Shown here: one piece after another, positions 1-6,904 of the stretch
How positions within the stretch are numbered: the stretch's first letter is position 1
How the letters are laid out: every line of letters starts with the position of its first letter
From: a virus
Taxonomy: Duplodnaviria > Heunggongvirae > Uroviricota > Caudoviricetes
DNA: 16,062 nucleotides
Virus record (IMG/VR): IMGVR_UViG_2690316131_000008
Strand: one strand, 5' to 3'
Position numbers and translations under genes: made by a program
Notes under the pieces: model-generated
Seen by the model: only the letters and a program-made list of their open reading frames with translations
Databases searched by the model: none
Told to the model about the DNA's origin: nothing

Positions 1-170
1 ACAACTGGATATTTTTACAGTATTAAGCATGGATCATTAAGCCTGTCTCTGATAGGCTCATTCTGCTTTTGCGCAAAGCAGTGGGCCTGAGGTTTGCTTG
101 TGAACCCAACGCATGAGCAGATGGCTGGTGGGTGCCCCTAACACCCACCAGCCGCCCATTTACCACAAAT

Positions 171-194
171 AAAAAAGCCTTCACTGCGGAAGGC
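171..194 (-). terminator. Rho-independent terminator (minus strand)
   Basis: Inverted repeat gccttc/gaaggc (177-182 / 189-194) with 6-nt loop; on the minus strand it is followed by TTTTTT (171-176). Overlaps the last codons of the 181-378 ORF. Confidence 0.5.
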
Positions 195-378
195 GTCTGT
201 AACAACCGAACTGATAGTCTGCCAGACCCGCCATAACCAGCTGGGTCAGTATTAACTGGCAGCGTTCGCGTGAAAGGTAAGTATTCTGCGCAATCTCCCC
301 GACTGTCGCCGGTTCGGTGACGCTCAATTCATTAAACACCACTCTGGCGGTTTCGGTCATATCTTGCTGTTTTAGCAT
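181..378 (-). CDS. Small hypothetical protein, possible winged-helix DNA-binding protein (~65 aa)
   Basis: ORF track 181-402; start chosen at the internal ATG (MLKQQDMTE...) preceded by AAGGGA with ~7-nt spacing. The segment TVGEIAQNTYLSRERCQLILTQLVMAGL looks like an HTH recognition region. Bracketed by minus-strand terminators at 501-523 and 171-194. Family not recognised. Confidence 0.35.
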   Translation of the reverse strand: MLKQQDMTETARVVFNELSVTEPATVGEIAQNTYLSRERCQLILTQLVMAGLADYQFGCYRRLPQ

Positions 379-500
379 GTCTTTTTCCCTTCTGGTTAAC
401 ATGACATACCAATAACTCTTGTCTAAAAAGCCAGCAAGATAAAAAGTCAGTATTCACGACCACCAGCGTGTTTACTGTACTGCACCAAGTTTACAGGTAC

Positions 501-523
501 AAAAAACCCGCTCAGTGGCGGGT
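501..523 (-). terminator. Rho-independent terminator downstream of the Q-proximal cargo gene
   Basis: Stem acccgc/gcgggt (506-511 / 518-523), loop tcagtg; on the minus strand followed by TTTTTT (complement of the A6 run at 501-506). Confidence 0.6.
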
Positions 524-654
524 TTAAGTTGTGTGGCGAAGTAACCACTCTTAACACACTAATAGCATTTTTGTTATAACACAAGTAGCTCATTCAGTAT
601 TTTTAGAATCTTGACTTTCTTAAGCACGGCGAACTCTGAATACCAAACATAAAA

Positions 655-1272
655 TCAATTATCTTCCAGGCCGGATGCTATCAACGAAAGCCTCTCAAAA
701 AACGCTGTAGCAGCCTTGTCCAAAGTTGAATAAGTACTGTATTCTCCGTGTTCGGGACCAACCACTACCCATGGTCGTCTTTTTGGGATTCGGGACTTCT
801 CAGAAATCACTGTTCCAGATATACCAATATCAATTGTTACACCTGTTATTATTTTCTCTTCATCTCTTTCCCTGAACTCAATTGCCATAAATGCCGTTTT
901 TTTTCGTTTCCCGTTTTTAAAAAAATCAAATAAAGCAAAGCGATGCTCATTAAAATCAACACCCCATCGTCCTTCAGGATAAAGGGCATGAAAGTTGTCA
1001 TTTACGCTCTGCATCGTCTCATAAGCTTTAACTTCTAAATCTCCATAGTGCATAGATACCGCGCAGGAGTCACTGGGTAACTGTATTTTCCCAAGATTGA
1101 AAACCTTTACTGCTCCAGAACTATGGCATCTTGCCCGCAATTTATCCCCATTTATACTAATCGGAGAAATATTCCTTAATGTTCCGGGCTGGCTCCCTCC
1201 TAAGTAAACGACTGTTAAAGATTGCTTATTTTCAATTGCATCAACTAATACATGCTCTACATTTTTATCCAT
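655..1272 (-). CDS. Hypothetical protein, AT-rich cargo (moron) gene immediately downstream of Q
   Basis: ORF track 655-1299; start refined to the ATG for MDKNVEHV (1272), preceded by GGGAGG at ~6 nt. Visibly AT-rich relative to neighbours. No recognisable domain by eye. Confidence 0.6.
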   Translation of the reverse strand: MDKNVEHVLVDAIENKQSLTVVYLGGSQPGTLRNISPISINGDKLRARCHSSGAVKVFNLGKIQLPSDSCAVSMHYGDLEVKAYETMQSVNDNFHALYPEGRWGVDFNEHRFALFDFFKNGKRKKTAFMAIEFRERDEEKIITGVTIDIGISGTVISEKSRIPKRRPWVVVGPEHGEYSTYSTLDKAATAFFERLSLIASGLEDN

Positions 1273-1299
1273 AATAACCTCCCAATGAACAGGTATCAT

Positions 1300-1347
1300 C
1301 AGGAGGTTATAATAAAATATGATTATTTACTTTGATTGAATTTATTA
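1300..1347 (-). promoter_or_regulatory. Putative late promoter / Q-utilisation region (pR'-like)
   Basis: Positional inference only: AT-rich ~48-bp gap directly downstream of the Q stop, containing TTGATT and TA-rich hexamers on the minus strand. In lambdoid phages pR' and qut lie immediately downstream of Q. Confidence 0.25.
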
Positions 1348-1719
1348 CTATATGTAACAATCAATTTCTAAAGATACCCCCAACATTGCCAGACAACCGT
1401 CAATAAACCCTTCAGCTTTCTGCAGTCTGATAACAACCTGATTAAGTGATATCCCCAGTTTTACCCCCAACACCCGTAATGTAACCCCATACACATAATA
1501 CATTTCCAGTAATTCGTATTGATACGGTTCCTTTTTCTTAAGAACTGTCATCGCAGAGCTAATGATCAGGCCATCGTCATCGCTACATTGCGGGCGGGAT
1601 TTTACTTTCGAAGGAATTAATCCCTTAAAACCTGCAGCAACAGATGACCATTCCACATCCTCGTGATTATTTGCCACCCATGCCCCCCAACGTTCAAGAA
1701 CCATTTGAATATCACGCAT
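1348..1719 (-). CDS. Late-gene antitermination protein Q (phage 82 / QuuD-type)
   Basis: Translation MRDIQMVLERWGAWVANNHEDVEWSSVAAGFKGLIPSKVKSRPQC...RLQKAEGFIDG matches the short Q antiterminator family as I recall it. Start at the ATG at 1719 (GGAG 7 nt upstream); the track's 1734 start is a TTG. Confidence 0.75.
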   Translation of the reverse strand: MRDIQMVLERWGAWVANNHEDVEWSSVAAGFKGLIPSKVKSRPQCSDDDGLIISSAMTVLKKKEPYQYELLEMYYVYGVTLRVLGVKLGISLNQVVIRLQKAEGFIDGCLAMLGVSLEIDCYI

Positions 1720-1736
1720 CAACTTTCTCCACAAAA

Positions 1737-2732
1737 TCAGGCCAGCACGCCTATTGCCAGCGCACGATCGATAAAACGAAATATCAGCTCCAGCTGGGAG
1801 CCATACTTCTCTTCAAATGCCACGGTATCCGCATGCAGCTCGTCGTGATGCTTTCTGCACAAAGGCAGCACGAAGAGGTCATGCGCTTTTGTACCCATTC
1901 CCCCCTGACCGTGGCCTATCAGGTGGTGGGGATCATCAGCAGGCTTTCCACAACATGCACACGGCTGCGTCTTAACCCAGCGCGTGTACTTTTCGTTAAC
2001 CCAGCGGCGACGTTTTGGGCGTAACATAAAAGACTCCGGCGACTCCGGATCCACTTTCAGCGCCAGCACCTTTTTCGCTTTATTCTGGATGATGCTGGTG
2101 GCCGGAACCGAAGGCACAAGGTCACTCTCCCGGGTGACAGACGGCACAACAGGCTTCGGTAATCTCAGTGCCTTACGGGCTGCACTTTCCGGTAAGGCAT
2201 CCGCCAGATCATTACGAACCAGCCACCAGCACAGTTCCGGCATTGTCACAACGTGACTGTCATCAAAACCGAGATCCCGACGCACAACAGACAACACCCA
2301 GCGGGCACAGTTATCCGTTGCCATTGATTCCAGCCGTTCCGTGAACTGATCGCGCAGCTGGTTATCGCAGTGCCAGCACAGACGGATTGCGCCCGGCGCG
2401 TGTCGCATTGTGGTCATGTTCTCGCTGTGCCAGTCGGAATGAGGCCACTGGCAACCTTTTTCACGAAGTAACCAGCTTTCAAGACATTCCACGCCACCAG
2501 CACGACGGATCACTGCCTCATTGCGGAACACGGCCCGAACGGCAGGATCATCCGCCAGCGGTTGTGATGCTGCCGGAACGGCACCACTGGCAAAAGATGA
2601 ATAACGTTCCGGCTCAGGCTCCAGCAGGACACGCCCCTGCATAAACAGGGGCATCAGCTCTGAACCGGGTCTGAACAATACGATCCCCATACGCGGGGCA
2701 ATTTCAGGGGTCAGTAGTGCTCTCACGGTCAC
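1737..2732 (-). CDS. DUF968-like protein with C-terminal HNH-type zinc-binding nuclease motif
   Basis: C-terminus CACCGKPADDPHHLIGHGQGGMGTKAHDLFVLPLCRKHHDELH carries a Cys/His HNH-like signature typical of prophage DUF968 (NinG/Rap-like) proteins. GTG start 1 nt after the KilA-N stop. Confidence 0.55.
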   Translation of the reverse strand: MTVRALLTPEIAPRMGIVLFRPGSELMPLFMQGRVLLEPEPERYSSFASGAVPAASQPLADDPAVRAVFRNEAVIRRAGGVECLESWLLREKGCQWPHSDWHSENMTTMRHAPGAIRLCWHCDNQLRDQFTERLESMATDNCARWVLSVVRRDLGFDDSHVVTMPELCWWLVRNDLADALPESAARKALRLPKPVVPSVTRESDLVPSVPATSIIQNKAKKVLALKVDPESPESFMLRPKRRRWVNEKYTRWVKTQPCACCGKPADDPHHLIGHGQGGMGTKAHDLFVLPLCRKHHDELHADTVAFEEKYGSQLELIFRFIDRALAIGVLA

Positions 2733-2733
2733 C

Positions 2734-3549
2734 TCAATGAACGGTATCGAGCAGCTTTAACAGCTCAGGGAATCGGGATTCGAAGAAATGCGGCTGCGTC
2801 TCGCGCGGATTTGCGGGACTGGTGATGTTCTTGCCGAACATGCAACCTTTCGCTGTCAGCGACCAGAATTTTTTGATGTTGTTAATCGCGGTACGGCTGT
2901 ATCGTTCGCGTTGTTCAACGATCCCCAGCTTCGCCATCTGGTGATATGCCTGATTAGCCGTCAGGCGGATACCATACTGCTTCAGCAGTGCACTCAGCGA
3001 CAGCGTAGGGCGGCTTGAACCATCTGGCGCATCAGCAGGTGCATCAATGGCATAGATCGGCATAAGTTCAGGAAGACCAGCTACCTTTGATAATTTCTGG
3101 TATGCACCAAGTTTCGAGGAGTTTGACAGATTTAGAGTCTTTGCTGCTGATTCAAGCAGAATGACCCCGGATTTAATTTTGTCGGATGTGGTTTCTTCTG
3201 GTGATGAATTATGAAGCGCATCAAAAGTACGTATCACTTTTAAGCTGAATGCCGGGCTGATCCACATTGCATATGCATAGACCAGCTCTTTACAGACATA
3301 CGTCCCACCATTGCGCCCCTGAATGGTGATGACAGGAATACTACGGGAATCTCCCGTAGTTTCTTCTTCCAGTAATTCCACAAGAGCCTTCGTTTCAGGA
3401 CGACGCATAAACTCGTGAACTTCCAGCGAACGGGAGGAGCGATTCTCACCAGCGGCAAGAAGAGCAGCTTTCTGAAGGTCGTTAAGACAGTAGTTAGATT
3501 CGAAGTACTGGCGCACAGAAACGCCATCAATTACAAGCAACTGATTCAT
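2734..3549 (-). CDS. KilA-N domain protein (antirepressor-like)
   Basis: N-terminal segment ...GRNGGTYVCKELVYAYAMWISPAFSLKVIRTFDAL fits the KilA-N signature. Start set at the ATG at 3549 (MNQLL, GGAG ~7 nt upstream); the track's 3561 start is a GTG. Confidence 0.65.
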   Translation of the reverse strand: MNQLLVIDGVSVRQYFESNYCLNDLQKAALLAAGENRSSRSLEVHEFMRRPETKALVELLEEETTGDSRSIPVITIQGRNGGTYVCKELVYAYAMWISPAFSLKVIRTFDALHNSSPEETTSDKIKSGVILLESAAKTLNLSNSSKLGAYQKLSKVAGLPELMPIYAIDAPADAPDGSSRPTLSLSALLKQYGIRLTANQAYHQMAKLGIVEQRERYSRTAINNIKKFWSLTAKGCMFGKNITSPANPRETQPHFFESRFPELLKLLDTVH

Positions 3550-3711
3550 TGGTTTCTCCACAAATTTTTATCCACGAGCGGGACTGCACTCCCTTTTCGT
3601 TGATGCAGGATGAACTTACTGCGATTTTTAATAGTTATCAAGGATACACTGTTCATAAATACAGTATCTTTAACGAGGTAATACCCAAATTTAGGGTGTT
3701 GCTCAATTCCG

Positions 3712-4107
3712 TTACCGAGTTGCTAATTTGCAACTCGCTTTTTCGTACTTACTGATAGTGATCTCGACCTTCCCCTCCGGGATAACCGGTCCCCACTCCA
3801 CCAGCATTCTTTTCACCTGTCTGTCGTCTTCCCACACACCCGCGTGGGTCAGGGCGTCAAACAGCGCCTTGTTATAGTTGTCCAGATCGCGGATCCGGTT
3901 ATCCGGAGGAAACAACACGATCTCCACTGAAGCAGGTGCCGACGTTGGTTTCGGCAGACGACGTAACTGCTCAACTATTGCTGCACACGCCGCGCTCTGG
4001 AATTTTCGCCCCGCCGCGCTTATCAGGCTCTTACCAGCAAACGCCCCTTTGTTGGGGTGTCGCCAGTACGTGTTCACGCTGGGCGGAAAAGGCAGTATTA
4101 GCTTCAT
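3712..4107 (-). CDS. rusA: RusA-family Holliday junction resolvase
   Basis: MKLILPFPPSVNTYWRH...DLDNYNKALFDALTHAGVWEDDRQV matches the RusA signature (LPxPPSxNxYxRH; DLDN; acidic catalytic residues). ATGA overlap with the upstream gene. Confidence 0.8.
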   Translation of the reverse strand: MKLILPFPPSVNTYWRHPNKGAFAGKSLISAAGRKFQSAACAAIVEQLRRLPKPTSAPASVEIVLFPPDNRIRDLDNYNKALFDALTHAGVWEDDRQVKRMLVEWGPVIPEGKVEITISKYEKASCKLATR

Positions 4108-4430
4108 ACTTTCAGGCCCCTCTCATGTAACCAGTGGGCTGCACGCAGCCTGGCGTTTGCCTCACCGGCAAGCAGGGCGCGGATAATCCCGACCGCCTCG
4201 CTGTCGTCGTCCTTCACCGCGGTATGAAGAGTGATACCCCGGGCCACGCCACGCTTTATCGTGATGACACCTTTTTTCTCCAGTGCGCGAAGATGCTCCA
4301 CCGCTGCATTCACCGAACGGTATCCCAGCATGGTTGCCACCTCCTGATTGGTTGGCGGGAAGCCACGTTCTTTCTGATAAGAAATCAGCATATCCAGCAC
4401 CTGCTGCTGGCATTGAGTTAATGTCGTCAT
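4104..4430 (-). CDS. LexA N-terminal DNA-binding domain protein, no peptidase domain
   Basis: MTTLTQCQQQVLDMLISYQKERGFPPTNQEVATMLGYRSVNAAVEHLRALEKKGVITIKRGVARGI parallels the LexA N-terminal winged-helix domain. Only 108 aa, so no S24 domain. ATGA overlaps at both ends. Confidence 0.65.
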   Translation of the reverse strand: MTTLTQCQQQVLDMLISYQKERGFPPTNQEVATMLGYRSVNAAVEHLRALEKKGVITIKRGVARGITLHTAVKDDDSEAVGIIRALLAGEANARLRAAHWLHERGLKV

Positions 4431-5080
4431 GCCGCCATCTCCCTGACCAGTTTTTCCGCCTGCTGGCGAACCTGCGCCAGAAACGCCTCACCACATACCT
4501 CAAGTTCATCGCGCCCGATGTAGCTGATTGCCGCTCCCTTCCAGGTCTTGTCGAAAACAGCAATAGCACCAGCGAAGAAAGCACCTGTTGGCACCTGCTT
4601 TTCGTCTTTCGGGATAAACCAGGCTGGCAGTTCAAAACCAATACGCCCGCGAATAAAAGCAATATGATCTGCATCTTCCGGCCACCATACTTCGCTGGTG
4701 GCCGCTTTGATCAGGAAAACATAGCGCCCGCCCTTATCACGCATGGCACTGGCATGTTTCATGATGTAACGCATGCCGGTGATGTATTGCCCCTCATGCT
4801 GACTGGCGCGGCTGTATGGGGGATTACCAAAGGCAGCACCTTTAAGCTCCGCAAGACGTTCTGACCAGTCATGCGCCAGCGCGTTGTCTTCCGCCGTGTA
4901 ATACGCGGCACATTTGGCGTTATCACCGTCAGTGAACAGATCCAGAACAAACGGACCAAACAAGGTGTTAATTCCCCAGAAAATGTTGTCCGGCGTGCGC
5001 CACTGATCGCCCACTTCCTTCAGTTCATGGGCTGGTTTGTTCCGCAGCTCCACCAGCGCCTGGCAATATTTATTACTCAT
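4427..5080 (-). CDS. Phage Dam-type DNA N6-adenine methyltransferase
   Basis: N-terminal DQWRTPDNIFW (DxWxTP-like) and catalytic GNPPYS (NPPY) motifs. Start refined to the ATG for MSNKYCQ at 5080, which shares one base with the upstream TAA stop. Confidence 0.8.
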   Translation of the reverse strand: MSNKYCQALVELRNKPAHELKEVGDQWRTPDNIFWGINTLFGPFVLDLFTDGDNAKCAAYYTAEDNALAHDWSERLAELKGAAFGNPPYSRASQHEGQYITGMRYIMKHASAMRDKGGRYVFLIKAATSEVWWPEDADHIAFIRGRIGFELPAWFIPKDEKQVPTGAFFAGAIAVFDKTWKGAAISYIGRDELEVCGEAFLAQVRQQAEKLVREMAA

Positions 5081-5571
5081 TAAGCCCCCACGTAATTCCC
5101 TGACAGATACCACTCTTCACCCGATGCAGCGCGCTTGCTGCTTTTCCGTAAGCACCGCTCACGATGCGCCAGAAAATTGTTTCGTTCTGGCTGGGAGTGG
5201 CTTTCACGGAATGCCGCCATCCACACCGTTGCAGCACGACGGTATAAGCCCCTGGACTCCAGTTCTTCCGCCTGGCGGGTCAACAAAATCACCCGGGGAT
5301 CGTTAGTGCCGACATAGAAATTGCGCACAGGTCTGGTTTCACGAACTGGTTGTGGTTCCGGCTCCTGCGCTCTCTCAGTCAGGCGTGGGAAATGTCTGCG
5401 TGTATCTCCTTCACAACGGTGAGCCACACGCCCACTCTGACGTAACTTGCTTGCTGACTGCAGAACGCGCTGCCGTGAGTAACCAGCAAAAGCATCCGCA
5501 ATGTCTCCGGAAGTACACCCCGGATGGGCTTCAATGAATTTCTGAACTTCATTCAAAAGACTCATGATCAC
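5080..5571 (-). CDS. PerC-like putative transcriptional regulator (prophage YfdN-like)
   Basis: Segment LTRQAEELESRGLYRRAATVWMAAF resembles the PerC-family core as I recall it; Arg-rich N-terminal half. GTG/ATG start overlaps the stop of the upstream replication gene. Confidence 0.45.
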   Translation of the reverse strand: MIMSLLNEVQKFIEAHPGCTSGDIADAFAGYSRQRVLQSASKLRQSGRVAHRCEGDTRRHFPRLTERAQEPEPQPVRETRPVRNFYVGTNDPRVILLTRQAEELESRGLYRRAATVWMAAFRESHSQPERNNFLAHRERCLRKSSKRAASGEEWYLSGNYVGA

Positions 5572-6560
5572 CCCCTGAATCCTGCCGGGATCTGGCTGTA
5601 GTCCACGTTGTCGTAACTGGATTTGAAGTACGGGTCTTCGCGTTTTTCGGTGTACGTGCTGACGGACGGCGATAAGCGCAGGGAAAGCTCATCCCATTTT
5701 TCCCGCAGCTTCGACGGGCTGAGCACGTTACGGCACCAGAACGGATCGCGGCTGACGCGGCAGTACATCTCGCAGATTTGTTTGTGAGTACGCCCATCCT
5801 GTACACACATCAGGCGAATTTCGTTTGCCCAGGCTGTCCAGTTCGGTTCTTTAGGACGTACCACTTCGCCGTCACATTCGGCGGCCTGCTCGTACAGAGC
5901 GATGATTTTTTTCCAGAGCCACTGTGCGCAGGTCAAATCATCCTGCGTTCCCCACTGGCGCTTTTTAGGGCTGAATACAACCGCATCAGGATGGCGAGTT
6001 AAAAAATCCTGTTCAGCCATCTGCGTGTCCGGTTGCGAAGCGTCCGGACGAGAAGAGGTTTTATTCTCTGTAGTAATCTCTGTTGTATTCTCTGTAAGAT
6101 CATTGGGCCATTTTGACCCGATGACAGCGTGTCGTTTTGAACCAATGGATCGTGTCATTTTGCGCCCATCCATCAGGTCACTTTGACCCGATGGAGAAGT
6201 GCATTTTGACCTAATGGATTCGTTCACTTTGACCTCTTCTAAAAGCTCACTTTCATAGTTGATCGTGTAGAAGTTGGTCATGTCACGCTTCGATTTATTG
6301 AGTTGCTCGCGACGCAAAACCCCAAGTGATTTCAGGCTTGCAAATGTGCGTTTCAGAGTGGACTCTGACCAGAACGGAAACTGCTCCAGCCACTGTTCTG
6401 TCGTGTTATAAACCCAGCGAATTCCGCCATGCTCAGTGCCGGAATTCGTTTCATTCAGCCAGTAATGAAGCTGCTGCAACACAATTGCCTCATTCAGACC
6501 AATACGGCATGCAAGATCACGATTTATCACAATGGGCTGGGATGTCATTAACAGGCTCAT
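5568..6560 (-). CDS. Phage replication initiation protein (lambda O analogue) with internal origin iterons
   Basis: 330-aa ORF with a helix-turn-helix-like N-terminus and a Cys/Trp-rich C-terminal domain. The central linker region is encoded by the iteron array at 6109-6240, as in lambda O/ori. AGAGGT RBS precedes the ATG at 6560. Confidence 0.65.
   Translation of the reverse strand: MSLLMTSQPIVINRDLACRIGLNEAIVLQQLHYWLNETNSGTEHGGIRWVYNTTEQWLEQFPFWSESTLKRTFASLKSLGVLRREQLNKSKRDMTNFYTINYESELLEEVKVNESIRSKCTSPSGQSDLMDGRKMTRSIGSKRHAVIGSKWPNDLTENTTEITTENKTSSRPDASQPDTQMAEQDFLTRHPDAVVFSPKKRQWGTQDDLTCAQWLWKKIIALYEQAAECDGEVVRPKEPNWTAWANEIRLMCVQDGRTHKQICEMYCRVSRDPFWCRNVLSPSKLREKWDELSLRLSPSVSTYTEKREDPYFKSSYDNVDYSQIPAGFRG
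6109..6240. repeat. Iteron array (putative origin of replication): six ~23-bp direct repeats
   Basis: Direct repeats starting at 6109, 6133, 6156, 6179, 6202 and 6225 (cattttgacccgatg / cgttttgaaccaatgg / cattttgcgcccatcc / cactttgacccgatgg / cattttgacctaatgg / cactttgacctc), period 23-24 bp. Flanked at 6061-6100 by three copies of TCTCTGT at 12-bp spacing. Confidence 0.7.
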
Positions 6561-6729
6561 GACCGACCTCTATTTCCCTGAATTTACGACGAAACTGTTC
6601 GAGCGGGCTGAAGCACTCATGTTCATAGCCTTCACGGAGGTAGATAACCCGTTGTGTTTCCGGCTCCCAACGAATGACTCTGACGGGCACTCCGTAGTGA
6701 TCTTTGAACCAGCGGTTAACTTGTCGCAA
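6517..6729 (-). CDS. Small hypothetical protein (possible DUF4222-like); frame ambiguous
   Basis: Frame encoding ...[47 protein letters not shown]... looks protein-like. A TTG start at 6729 is preceded by AAGGAG at ~8 nt; the track's 84-aa ORF begins at a GTG at 6771. Overlaps the O-like start by 44 nt. A competing 112-aa frame (6570-6908) is described in the findings. Confidence 0.35.
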   Translation of the reverse strand: MRQVNRWFKDHYGVPVRVIRWEPETQRVIYLREGYEHECFSPLEQFRRKFREIEVGHEPVNDIPAHCDKS

Positions 6730-6904
6730 AGGACTGTCTCCTTCTGCCGGTTGAAATCCCCCACAGCCCACTCTGCAAAGCTGTGGGTTACAATTTCCCT
6801 GTCACCTGGTACATTCACTGCATAGCAATACTCCACCTTCGCTTTTCCACCCGGTACAGGAAGCGCAATCAGTTGCGAGCGACGGTAGTGTGTTGTTAAA
6901 CTGT

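Noticed and set aside
23-205. 60-aa ORF on the minus strand at the left edge
   Set aside because: Overlaps the terminator at 171-194 and the stem-loop at 125-152; no RBS; unconvincing composition. Likely spurious.
1644-2256. Plus-strand ORFs (126 aa, 61 aa, 90 aa) antisense to Q and the DUF968 gene
   Set aside because: Antisense shadow ORFs within a GC-rich coding region, with no RBS or domain signature.
3549-3755. 68-aa plus-strand ORF spanning the rusA/kilA-N intergenic region
   Set aside because: Runs through both hairpins and overlaps the rusA 3' end; no RBS before any in-frame ATG. Treated as a non-coding regulatory region.
4162-4864. Long overlapping ORFs (170 aa minus, 193 aa plus) across the methyltransferase and LexA-like genes
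   Set aside because: They are alternative frames or the antisense strand of well-supported genes and have Arg/Gly/Ser-rich low-complexity translations typical of spurious ORFs.
6109-6240. Possible CRISPR array
   Set aside because: The repeats are contiguous with no unique spacers, lie inside a coding region and are imperfect, so they fit iterons rather than CRISPR.
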